Positions 33,296-41,758 of a stretch of DNA of 42,025 nucleotides are shown one piece after another. The notes under the pieces were generated by a model that was given only the letters and a program-made list of their open reading frames with translations, did not search any database and was not told the origin of the DNA. The first letter of the stretch is position 1, and every line of letters starts with the position of its first letter. This DNA comes from a virus, in the IMG/VR virus record IMGVR_UViG_3300033127_000032, positions 1 through 42,025 of that record; one strand, 5' to 3'. A program made the position numbers and the translations under genes.

Positions 33296-33634
33296 CTAAA
33301 CAACATACCATCCAGTACCGCTATACCTTAGCTTTATAAACTCCGATTGTCTGTTAACAAACGAATAAGTCACCCCGTCTGGATCAGTAAAAATTATTCT
33401 ACCTGCTCCTGTTGTGGTCTTAATAAACATAATGGTATCACCCTGTTCTAAACCAGTTAAAGGACCTGGTGTTAATGTTACATCACCACCCGATGTATCT
33501 ACATAGGCTCTTACAAAACCCGCTCCCTCTAAATTACCATCTGCCAAATCTCCGTCTACAGGGAAACCAGTAATACCAGATGCAAATGTACCTGCTGTTG
33601 TTACGCCACTTTTAGGCGATAAATCTAAACTCAT
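33296..33634 (-). CDS. Small structural protein (112 aa), paralogous to the C-terminal domain of the upstream 301-aa protein.
   Basis: GDTIMFIK...IIFT...TYSFVNRQSEFIKLRYSGTGWYVV aligns with GATVRVRK...IKFQ...SYTFVDKATEYIDLLWDGSKLIV. Confidence 0.65.
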   Translation of the reverse strand: MSLDLSPKSGVTTAGTFASGITGFPVDGDLADGNLEGAGFVRAYVDTSGGDVTLTPGPLTGLEQGDTIMFIKTTTGAGRIIFTDPDGVTYSFVNRQSEFIKLRYSGTGWYVV

Positions 33635-33651
33635 TTTAAAAAAATTAAATA

Positions 33652-34557
33652 TTAAACAATTAACTTACTGCCATCCCATAGCAAATCTATATATTCTGTC
33701 GCTTTATCAACAAAAGTATAACTAATGTTGTTCCATTGAAATTTTATTTTATAAGGTGAATCATCTATTTTTCTTACCCTTACCGTAGCACCTTTTATTA
33801 AACCTACAGGTTTATAACTATCTAAAACAACATCTTGCGTCATATTGTCTAGGTTCAATATGTAAAAAGAAGTATTATCATCAACATTCACAGGCAAAAC
33901 TCCATCAGAATTTATAACAGTTATCACACCACTATCTTTATCAACAGATGGTAAAGCTGTAACTGACGACACTACACATTCTTCTTTTATAGTAACTTCT
34001 AAGTCTAATCTAAAACATTGCATAGGAGCACGATTATATTGCTCCATATCATTTATACTGAACTCTCTATAAACCTTTCTTAAATGCCTTGTTTCTGCTG
34101 TTATACTGTATTGGAAATCAAAAAGCATAGCCGATTCAGTAAGTTTTCTTCTTACCTGCCTTATTAATTCCTGTGTATAAAGACTATTTACCATTTTTCC
34201 GTTATCTATCAATTTTAGATTACAAGAAAAAATAATACCTACATCATACGTTATAAAATTCCTAGTGTTATTCTTGTAATTTGGCTTACCATCACCTATA
34301 ATAAAGAAAAACATACCAGAATAATCATTGTCTGGCGTTAGTCTGTGATACCTGTACTTTCCATTAGAATACCCTACATAGGTCTCAGGATAATAATACT
34401 TACCACCCGCTTTTTCATCAGATGAAAAACGGTGAGCAATATGAAAAGGATGTGAAACCCACGTTAACTGAGAAAGCAACAATCTAATTTGATTTGTTGC
34501 ATTATCTATTTCTACAGGCGCATCTACTGTTATTTGTTTGTCTTGTAATTGTATCAT
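33652..34557 (-). CDS. Tail structural protein (301 aa). Major-tail-protein candidate with a C-terminal add-on domain.
   Basis: It lies between the head-completion genes and the chaperones. A terminator follows the gene pair. The assignment is positional. Confidence 0.4.
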   Translation of the reverse strand: MIQLQDKQITVDAPVEIDNATNQIRLLLSQLTWVSHPFHIAHRFSSDEKAGGKYYYPETYVGYSNGKYRYHRLTPDNDYSGMFFFIIGDGKPNYKNNTRNFITYDVGIIFSCNLKLIDNGKMVNSLYTQELIRQVRRKLTESAMLFDFQYSITAETRHLRKVYREFSINDMEQYNRAPMQCFRLDLEVTIKEECVVSSVTALPSVDKDSGVITVINSDGVLPVNVDDNTSFYILNLDNMTQDVVLDSYKPVGLIKGATVRVRKIDDSPYKIKFQWNNISYTFVDKATEYIDLLWDGSKLIV

Positions 34558-35045
34558 AAAATACTATTTTTTATTTCACTAATAAGGTGCTTTTCAAAAA
34601 ACAAAGTCATATTTTCTTTTGTAGGTTTCAATATGTTTTCACCATACCTTTTAATTAAATATTTTGCATAACCTACATTACTTCTAACTTCAAACCTATC
34701 CTCAAAAGCATCTATAGTTACAGATGGATGAAAAACATTATCATCCCTCAAAGTAACCCTGTCTGTTGGCTGACCTTTGGATTTTTTTATCCTTATTGTC
34801 ATCCTAGTATAACCCATTCTTCCTGTTTGTTGGTTTTTTAAAGGGTTTCCAGTGCCATCTATACCTTTTTCATATAATTGTTTTTCTGTAATATATTCAG
34901 CTATTTCTAAACCATTTACATTTATCGCTTGTTCTAGCGATTTGAATATTTGTTTTTCAAAATTTTGTACAAACTCTATTTGTTTTTTAAACAACATCAT
35001 AACTAACCGATGAATTAACATTTTCGCAAGGCAAACATTTTTCAT
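34554..35045 (-). CDS. HK97 gp10 / Mu gpG-like head-tail completion protein (tentative).
   Basis: DRFEVRSNVGYAKYLIKRYG resembles the v-vGsnv-YA-y-e-G motif. The likely start is MM at 35000/34997 rather than 35045. Confidence 0.4.
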   Translation of the reverse strand: MKNVCLAKMLIHRLVMMLFKKQIEFVQNFEKQIFKSLEQAINVNGLEIAEYITEKQLYEKGIDGTGNPLKNQQTGRMGYTRMTIRIKKSKGQPTDRVTLRDDNVFHPSVTIDAFEDRFEVRSNVGYAKYLIKRYGENILKPTKENMTLFFEKHLISEIKNSIL

Positions 35046-36126
35046 TAATAGCAGAAATATTGTATTTAACCGCTTTTAATTCTTTATGGTATTGAGTGGT
35101 TATGTTATCCTTTTTAGTGTCTACATCACCCTCTAAATCACGTATAATCATCATCTTTACATTTTCTTCAATGTAGTTAATCTCTGGGCTATATCTTATG
35201 TCATTTAAAATCATATAAGCTACCTTTAAAGCCAATAAGTTCTTAAACACCATTTTGTTTGTTATAAAAAACCTTGTTAAGTCACAATAAACACCCAAAG
35301 ATAGATTTAAACCATAAGTAACTTTAGGAACATAATTTATATGTTCTAAATCAAACATCTGACCTACCGTATAATCACCTGCAGGAACATAGAAAGGATA
35401 TACCGTATAATAATTAGTTATAGACTTCCACGTTTGATAACCAGGTCCACCAGTACAAGGTAAACAAGCACCTTTATCAAAATCAAAGTCTGTATTATTT
35501 ATAGCATTAGTAGTTATATCGTCTTGATAGTACCCTAAATAAAAAACACCTCCTTTATACTTTTCACTAAAAGTGTATAAGTCCAAAAAAGCATCATTCC
35601 ACGTCCATTGCCCACCAGAATCAGTAGTGACATCTATTTCTGAAATAGGTTCAGCAACGTTTGAATGAAATAAGTATAATGTAAAACTTTCTTCCCCAGA
35701 AAACTGTAACCCTATCTGTTTTATTAAGGCTTTCAAACCAATAGAACCATTAACTTTTATTTCAAATCCCACAAACCTGCTTTCATTTGTTATTTTATCG
35801 TTAGCCCATCCCATTTTATTTAACAATACCGCATCATCTAAAAGAGTTTTTCCGTAACCACTTATCTGTCTAATTGTTAATAAGTCATTCAGCATTTCTG
35901 TAGACGCAAATTGTATTTTTTCTTTTAAATAATCACTTAATTCAATGTTGTCTGACAATGAAGCCCTTATAATATCTAACCTAAGCGCAGAATGTTTTTG
36001 CTGATAATATTCGCCACTTTGAGTTTCCGTTAAACTTTCTTCTATTTGAAATTCACTTGTACTACTGTGTTGTTTCCAACCTATTAAATTTTCAAACTCT
36101 GGTATTACTAAATTTGCATTAAACAT
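34987..36126 (-). CDS. Structural protein (379 aa) following the capsid gene.
   Basis: Position only. Confidence 0.6.
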   Translation of the reverse strand: MFNANLVIPEFENLIGWKQHSSTSEFQIEESLTETQSGEYYQQKHSALRLDIIRASLSDNIELSDYLKEKIQFASTEMLNDLLTIRQISGYGKTLLDDAVLLNKMGWANDKITNESRFVGFEIKVNGSIGLKALIKQIGLQFSGEESFTLYLFHSNVAEPISEIDVTTDSGGQWTWNDAFLDLYTFSEKYKGGVFYLGYYQDDITTNAINNTDFDFDKGACLPCTGGPGYQTWKSITNYYTVYPFYVPAGDYTVGQMFDLEHINYVPKVTYGLNLSLGVYCDLTRFFITNKMVFKNLLALKVAYMILNDIRYSPEINYIEENVKMMIIRDLEGDVDTKKDNITTQYHKELKAVKYNISAINEKCLPCENVNSSVSYDVV

Positions 36127-36138
36127 ATTATAAGATTT

Positions 36139-36173
36139 AAAAAAAGCCCTTACCTCTTATGAGATAAAGGCTT
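36139..36173 (-). terminator. Rho-independent terminator after the major capsid gene.
   Basis: Stem AAAGCCCTTA / TAAAGGCTTT (one G-U pair on the RNA) with an inner CTC/GAG extension, followed by T7 on the minus strand. Confidence 0.7.
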
Positions 36174-36198
36174 TACTGTTATTTTTTCAAGATACCTA

Positions 36199-37251
36199 CT
36201 ATGCAGATGCAATCTCAAATTTTCTAATCGCTCCTGCTTTCGTAGTAGCATCAGAATTAAAAGGAGTTACAATAGCATAATCAAAACTAATTTGCCATTT
36301 TTCCTCCATTGTAGCTGTTAAATGTTCAGTACCTGTACCACCATTTAAACCTGTTTTGTCAGCACAATTACTTTTATACTGAACACCTACAGCAAATGGT
36401 AAGCCTGATAATCTATCTACAAACCACTCCGTTCCATCAGATGCTTTTGCATTCATTCTAGCAGTCATATCAACTCTAGTTAAGAAACCAATAGAACCAT
36501 TTGGCATAAAATACCCTGTTCCGATAGCATTGTTTGTAATACGGTTAGAAAAAGTGAAATTCTTTCCGCTAAACTGCCAAGCTAAATTCTCTGAATTACT
36601 ACCACCTTGATTGATGTAATTACGAATATCACCCATTAAAGATGGAGAACCAATGATATAAACATCCTCATCGTAAAAATCATCTGCAAAATTAATTGGA
36701 TCAATGTCTGAATAGAATAATTTTCTATCATCATCACCTACTACCTGTAATGCATTTGCAGTTAAAGGGTATTTATCCGCAACGATAGGGCTATTATACA
36801 CTTGATTCTTTGCAGTATCTAATGTAGTGTCTAAATCTTCTTCAATATAAGACAATACCGCTTCTACTCTTTCCTTAACTTTCTTGTTGAAGTCAGTCAT
36901 ATACTTCACGTGATTGTTGTTATACAACGCAGGTGTTAAACAAATATCAAACGATACTGTTTTCCAAGTAACCTCTAACAAATCTGATGTGCTTTCATCA
37001 CACGAAATAGTACAACTACGCGTCTGATTAATAGTTACATCATTTTTTGTCATTACAGGAACATTTAGGGTTCTTCCCTCAGATTCCTGTGCTTTTTTCT
37101 TTAAATCACCGCTAACAATAGAATTAGGGGCGTCTGTCATATTCATAACAGCCATAAGCAAACCGTGTCTTGTTACCCTTAATTCGTCTCTATCTAAATT
37201 TGATGGGTAATCTACTCTTAATTCTTGTAATAAAGTTTTTGCTAAACTCAT
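36199..37251 (-). CDS. Major capsid protein (positional).
   Basis: 350 aa. It follows the scaffold-like genes and the portal-like gene, and is followed by a strong terminator. No motif check is possible by eye. Confidence 0.6.
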   Translation of the reverse strand: MSLAKTLLQELRVDYPSNLDRDELRVTRHGLLMAVMNMTDAPNSIVSGDLKKKAQESEGRTLNVPVMTKNDVTINQTRSCTISCDESTSDLLEVTWKTVSFDICLTPALYNNNHVKYMTDFNKKVKERVEAVLSYIEEDLDTTLDTAKNQVYNSPIVADKYPLTANALQVVGDDDRKLFYSDIDPINFADDFYDEDVYIIGSPSLMGDIRNYINQGGSNSENLAWQFSGKNFTFSNRITNNAIGTGYFMPNGSIGFLTRVDMTARMNAKASDGTEWFVDRLSGLPFAVGVQYKSNCADKTGLNGGTGTEHLTATMEEKWQISFDYAIVTPFNSDATTKAGAIRKFEIASA

Positions 37252-37272
37252 TTTAAAAATTTTAAATTAATA

Positions 37273-38241
37273 CTAATTACGTGGCTTTTTTGAAATGTCA
37301 TAACGTTTGTATGCCTCGTCTTGTAAAATCGACCATTCCTCACTTGTTCTTGTAATACCGTTTTCTAATAAAACTCTTTCACTCTCTTGCGTGAAAGCTA
37401 ACTTCGAAGTAAGTTTAGATTCGTCTAACACGAGTTTTCTGGTTTTCCCATCATTACCATCATCTAATCCAATCGTTCCAACATTTGGCGGTGCGCCACC
37501 ACCACCAGAATTATCTTCATTGTGTAAAACAGACTTTAATTTGTTTTTTAACACATCGTTTGCACTCATAGGCGTATAGTCTGGTCTATTTAACCTACTA
37601 CCATCCTCAGAATAATAAAAAACTTTTCCATCTTCAATACTGGAATTTTCTATTAAACTCTGTCTAGCAATAGCGATTAAACTATCTATAGCCTCTTTTG
37701 GAATACTTTCGTTAAACTTTAAACCAGACATCCCTTTGTCTATATCTAGTTCTTTGCGAAAGTTAATATTGTGGTTATTAGCTTCTTTTAATTTAGCTGA
37801 TAACTCTTTCTTTTCTTCTAACCAAGAGTTTTTGTCATTCTCGTAGGTTTTCTGCCAATGATCTGCACCACCTCCTTTTAAAAGTCTTTCATTTTCTTCT
37901 TTCAAAGATTTAATAACCTCGTCTCTATCCAAAGAACTAGATTTATCCCTAAACCCTTTTAATTCAGAAAATAATTCACGGATTTTTTCATAAGTTTTCT
38001 TTTTACCTCCACCCTCTAGTGTTTCTGGTTTTTCACCTAACAAATCGAACATATCATCATCGTAGGACTTATGAATCTTCGATACTTCACCACCTATCCT
38101 GTCTTTATAAATCAACTCTGATCTATTCTCAACAGCTTTAGAACCTATTTCTGATTCTAAAACGTGGTTTGTAACTTCCGTTAATAACTCAGCATTCCCG
38201 TTTAACGCTTCTAAAATTTGGTCTTTATTTAATCCCTCCAT
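37273..38241 (-). CDS. Scaffolding-like protein (322 aa).
   Basis: Charged and helical, with a Gly-rich hinge GGGGAPPNVG. It lies directly upstream of the capsid gene. Confidence 0.5.
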   Translation of the reverse strand: MEGLNKDQILEALNGNAELLTEVTNHVLESEIGSKAVENRSELIYKDRIGGEVSKIHKSYDDDMFDLLGEKPETLEGGGKKKTYEKIRELFSELKGFRDKSSSLDRDEVIKSLKEENERLLKGGGADHWQKTYENDKNSWLEEKKELSAKLKEANNHNINFRKELDIDKGMSGLKFNESIPKEAIDSLIAIARQSLIENSSIEDGKVFYYSEDGSRLNRPDYTPMSANDVLKNKLKSVLHNEDNSGGGGAPPNVGTIGLDDGNDGKTRKLVLDESKLTSKLAFTQESERVLLENGITRTSEEWSILQDEAYKRYDISKKPRN

Positions 38242-38271
38242 TTTATCCCTTTTTATGGTTTATAAATATTC

Positions 38272-38856
38272 TTATTTGTCTTTACTTAAAAAATCTAAAA
38301 CAATAGCTTTAACATCTTCTTTGCTTGTTTTTCCTTGCAAATCTATTTCTTTATCTGATGCAAACTTGTTTAATTGTGGTAATGTTGCGCTTTCTACATC
38401 AAAACCACCTTTTTCTTCTCCGTTCTTTTCTGCTAAAGCTTCTTCCTTTGCTTTCTTAATAGCTTCCGCCTTTTCCTTTTCAAACTTTTCAGTTAATTCT
38501 TTTTCAATTTTTGAAGCAATTTTAGATTGTTCGTGCGAAGAAAGAGTAGTGATAATTTCATCATCTTTTTCCAATGTAGGATCGTGTAAAACAATCATTT
38601 TATCAATAGGCATTGATTTAATTTTTGTTTTCAACTTGTCGTAAGCACGTTTGTTGTAAATCTGAACAACAAAAGAGTTTTCGTATTCCTTTTTTGCAGG
38701 GTTATTAACACGTCTTACTAATGCAACGTGATAAAACTTTTTGTTACGTTCTAAAACCGAAAGGTCAATTTTATCTTTTTCCCCTTTCGATATTTTTAAT
38801 GCTTCAATTTCTTTAGAAGCTTCCTTTAACCTATTAGGTTTTAGTTTTTTACTCAT
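38272..38856 (-). CDS. Highly charged K/E-rich head-assembly protein (194 aa).
   Basis: KEKAEAIKKAKEEALAEKNGEEKGG. It lies between the portal-like and scaffold-like genes. Confidence 0.5.
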   Translation of the reverse strand: MSKKLKPNRLKEASKEIEALKISKGEKDKIDLSVLERNKKFYHVALVRRVNNPAKKEYENSFVVQIYNKRAYDKLKTKIKSMPIDKMIVLHDPTLEKDDEIITTLSSHEQSKIASKIEKELTEKFEKEKAEAIKKAKEEALAEKNGEEKGGFDVESATLPQLNKFASDKEIDLQGKTSKEDVKAIVLDFLSKDK

Positions 38857-40819
38857 TGTTATTGTTTTTATTATTTATTACTTTACCTAAAATTCTTTCA
38901 GACTTTTCCTTAGAAAAACCATAAATTTCTTCTAACATAGTTAACGCACTTTCCCGAGTTGTAGTGTTCTCTGAAATAGACTTCTGAATTTCTATTAACC
39001 CTTGAACACCCCCAACTGTACCTCTCAAATTTGCTTGAGCATCTAACTGCTCCTGAGACACCGTATCTTCTATTTCTGTTGGTTTACTCCTATCAGACTT
39101 AGATTTTATTAACGCCTCATTATATCGTTCTAATTCTCCCAAAATAATACTTATTCTGTTTGAATATTCCAACCCTTTACCAAACTCTGTTATATCTGTA
39201 TTGTCTATTTCAAACTTACTAACAAACCTAGTGAAATTTATTTTTAAAGATAATTCAAAATCATCTATGATGCTATCCTTTTTAAATTCTACACATTCTT
39301 TTTCTGTATAAAAAGAATAGCTATCTAAATCCATCAACATTAAATGCCTATTTATTTTCTCATTATTCCCTTTATACTTTGTGTTTATAAGTTGAATATA
39401 TATAGATTTTAACTCTTCTCTAGGTAAACCAATTTCTTTAGCGTTTTCAAACAAACTTTGCAGTTGACTTTCTGATAATAAATAAAATTCTGTACCAAAG
39501 TCCGCATCAACATTAATATTAGCGTTTATGTAGTACAGATTACCCACAGTTTCAACTATCCATTTATAAATATCATCAAGAACAACCTTAGACCTTAATA
39601 AAACGGATTCCATAGAAGCAAAAGAGCCTTTAACTTGCATTTCATTTACCGCCTCCTTTTCTAAAACATTTGAAACACCAATAGTTTTATATTTTATTTC
39701 AGATTCTAAATTTTTTAACTTTTCTGGTATATGCTTCATTTTATCCGTTTCTGGAAAATGCATTTTGAATTTACCAGAACCATCTTCTTTATCTTTTGAT
39801 GCTTGTAAAGGAATCTTTAAAACTGTACCAGGTCCTATAAAAGATGATTTTTTGTTTTTAGAACATTTTTGACAATCCGTCCAAGCTTCCTTGCCACTTG
39901 GTGCGTTTTCTAGTTTTATTTTACCGTTTTTACATTTCTGGTTAGAACACTTAGAAAAAGGTGCTTCCATAACAGGAAAAGGTACGTAATGGTCAACATA
40001 ATTTTCAAAAATATCAAAAACAACATAATCCTTTAGCTTTGAAATAGATGACCCAAAAACCGTTTTAGATTTTATTTCATTTTTACTTGACACTGTATTT
40101 GAAACAAACAACCTAGCAGGACAATAATTCAAATTATGTTTCTTTTCATTTTCTAAAACATAATCCTCTTTATCTTCCATTTTACTAAACACATAGTAGT
40201 TTTCTTCATCGTAGAAAGAAATATTTGTTTTCTTAACACCGTCATTTAATTCTACAGAATGTACAAACGAAATATACTTGCAATCACCATCTTCATCAAT
40301 ATAAAAATCTAAAACCCTTGAAGAATCCACAGCCAACAAATAAGGCTCACCATCTTTTTTCCTATCAACAACAACAAAAGTGCTAGGTTTGTTCTTAAAA
40401 ACTTTCCTTGACACGTTTTCCACCCAACTTTGGGGATTGTGCTTTTTCATCCATAAATCCAAAACATCTGTTTCCCTATTAGCTGATACATTAAAATATC
40501 TGTTTTTCCCCTCGTATATTTTATAAAAATCATTTAAAATAGAATCTGTTATTTGAACTACAGACAATGGAAACCTCATAAATTGAGAAATCCTATCATA
40601 TTTATTAACCGCTTTATTTTTCATTTCTTCGGTTAATTCTATCCAATAACTTTCCTTTTCTAAATCTTCCTTTTCTAACTCTTCTGTAAAAACACGTAAA
40701 GCTGATTCGTGTTTTTTAATCTGAGCTATCTTGGTTTTGTTCTTTGGATTCTTTATTAGTTCCAGAATTTGGTTTTTTTCTAATCTCATTTGCAGAAAAA
40801 GTATATTTATCGTCAGCAA
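38849..40819 (-). CDS. Portal protein candidate (656 aa).
   Basis: Size and position upstream of the scaffold and capsid genes. The start is uncertain (M1 at 40819, M11 at 40789). It overlaps the 81-aa ORF. Confidence 0.5.
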   Translation of the reverse strand: MLTINILFLQMRLEKNQILELIKNPKNKTKIAQIKKHESALRVFTEELEKEDLEKESYWIELTEEMKNKAVNKYDRISQFMRFPLSVVQITDSILNDFYKIYEGKNRYFNVSANRETDVLDLWMKKHNPQSWVENVSRKVFKNKPSTFVVVDRKKDGEPYLLAVDSSRVLDFYIDEDGDCKYISFVHSVELNDGVKKTNISFYDEENYYVFSKMEDKEDYVLENEKKHNLNYCPARLFVSNTVSSKNEIKSKTVFGSSISKLKDYVVFDIFENYVDHYVPFPVMEAPFSKCSNQKCKNGKIKLENAPSGKEAWTDCQKCSKNKKSSFIGPGTVLKIPLQASKDKEDGSGKFKMHFPETDKMKHIPEKLKNLESEIKYKTIGVSNVLEKEAVNEMQVKGSFASMESVLLRSKVVLDDIYKWIVETVGNLYYINANINVDADFGTEFYLLSESQLQSLFENAKEIGLPREELKSIYIQLINTKYKGNNEKINRHLMLMDLDSYSFYTEKECVEFKKDSIIDDFELSLKINFTRFVSKFEIDNTDITEFGKGLEYSNRISIILGELERYNEALIKSKSDRSKPTEIEDTVSQEQLDAQANLRGTVGGVQGLIEIQKSISENTTTRESALTMLEEIYGFSKEKSERILGKVINNKNNNNE

Positions 40820-40961
40820 TTTCCCATTTACTGTTCGGTAATCTTAATATTCGTAAAGCTTGCTCCTTTTCAAACTTTCTTATCACTTCTTTAGAAACAC
40901 CTAAAGCCTTTAAACTAATAAAGGCTTTTCTATTGGTGTTTTTCTTTGTTTTTTCAGACAT
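40716..40961 (-). CDS. Hypothetical protein (81 aa).
   Basis: Minus-strand ORF. Its low-complexity C-terminus overlaps the portal-like ORF. Confidence 0.45.
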   Translation of the reverse strand: MSEKTKKNTNRKAFISLKALGVSKEVIRKFEKEQALRILRLPNSKWEIADDKYTFSANEIRKKPNSGTNKESKEQNQDSSD

Positions 40962-40962
40962 A

Positions 40963-41580
40963 CTACAGTTCTGTTAATGGATTAAAATTTGGGGATAAAA
41001 TTACTAAATCCTCAGACCAACCACTAGGTAAAGAAAACCTAAATGAGTTAGTGTCTGTACTTCCAAAACCTGCATTGTTTTTGTCTGATACAAAAAGAGA
41101 TTGAGTTAAAAAACCTGTGTATGCTTGATCTGGTGTTATTTCAACACACGCAATTTTACCACCTTGTAGTAAGAAATACACAACCAAACTTTTTTCACAC
41201 ATTAAATCTTTCAATGCTTTTTCAATAGCAGTTGTTAATTCGTTGAAAACACAAGTAAATAAAGATGGGTTTACACCTACAACTTCTTCTACTCCATTCA
41301 ACGTGGAATTATCACCACCACCATTTGTAATTGCATCACCAGATTCAATAATAGGATCACCACCAATTAAAGGTGTTACAACTATTTTAGTGTCATCTGT
41401 AGCCGTCATAAGACCTTGCCAAGTAGATAACTCTAAAATGTCTAATGGTGTAGCCAATGACGAATCAAAATTTACACCACCTCTTTGAAATGCTAATCTT
41501 TGAATTTGGTTTAAGTTAATACCACAGTCTAAACCAGGTATTTCGGTCAACGCTCCTTGTTGTGGACAGTTACAATCCAT
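40963..41580 (-). CDS. Hypothetical structural-module protein (205 aa), first gene of the late operon.
   Basis: Minus-strand ORF after a -7 box and a roughly 60-nt leader. Confidence 0.6.
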   Translation of the reverse strand: MDCNCPQQGALTEIPGLDCGINLNQIQRLAFQRGGVNFDSSLATPLDILELSTWQGLMTATDDTKIVVTPLIGGDPIIESGDAITNGGGDNSTLNGVEEVVGVNPSLFTCVFNELTTAIEKALKDLMCEKSLVVYFLLQGGKIACVEITPDQAYTGFLTQSLFVSDKNNAGFGSTDTNSFRFSLPSGWSEDLVILSPNFNPLTEL

Positions 41581-41636
41581 AATGCTATAAAATTTATATG
41601 TTAAAAACTAATTTTAAAGCGTTCCCGTAGCTTTTA

Positions 41637-41665
41637 ATCACAACAAATATATAAAATATTAACCA
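41637..41665 (-). promoter_or_regulatory. Putative late-operon promoter (-7 TATATTTG).
   Basis: Minus strand reads TAATATTTTATATATTTGTTGTGATTAAAAG (plus CAAATATA at 41644-41651), directly after a terminator. Confidence 0.45.
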
Positions 41666-41666
41666 T

Positions 41667-41691
41667 AAAAAAAACTTGCCATATAGACAAG
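41667..41691 (-). terminator. Hairpin plus T8 terminator after the junction-spanning ORF.
   Basis: Minus-strand RNA is CUUGUC-UAUAU-GGCAAG (one G-U pair), followed by U8. Confidence 0.5.
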
Positions 41692-41758
41692 CTTTTTCAA
41701 ATCTAATATTCATCCCCAAGAATATTAATGACTAAAATGTTTTCAAATATAGTATTTA

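Noticed and set aside
40773-40779. The A7 run (minus strand AGA-AAA-AAA-CCA) in the overlap between the 81-aa ORF and the portal-like ORF, considered as a possible frameshift site.
   Set aside because: The portal frame is +1 relative to the 81-aa ORF, not -1, so a standard A-AAA-AAA -1 slip would not join them. An ordinary overlap or an internal portal start is the simpler explanation.
1482-41488. All plus-strand ORFs in the track: 1482-1706, 2664-2939, 4633-4881, 8448-8714, 10668-10886, 11419-11631, 11849-12107, 16651-16980, 17451-17633, 21836-22057, 22659-22847, 23099-23392, 23873-24097, 25582-25764, 26342-26904, 29568-30674, 31003-31382, 37307-37579, 38255-38644, 40744-40977 and 41243-41488.
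   Set aside because: Each lies entirely antisense to a longer minus-strand ORF with a recognisable or well-tiled product. Their translations are low-complexity (F/L/S/I-rich), as expected for the antisense of AT-rich coding DNA. None has a promoter box or terminator of its own.
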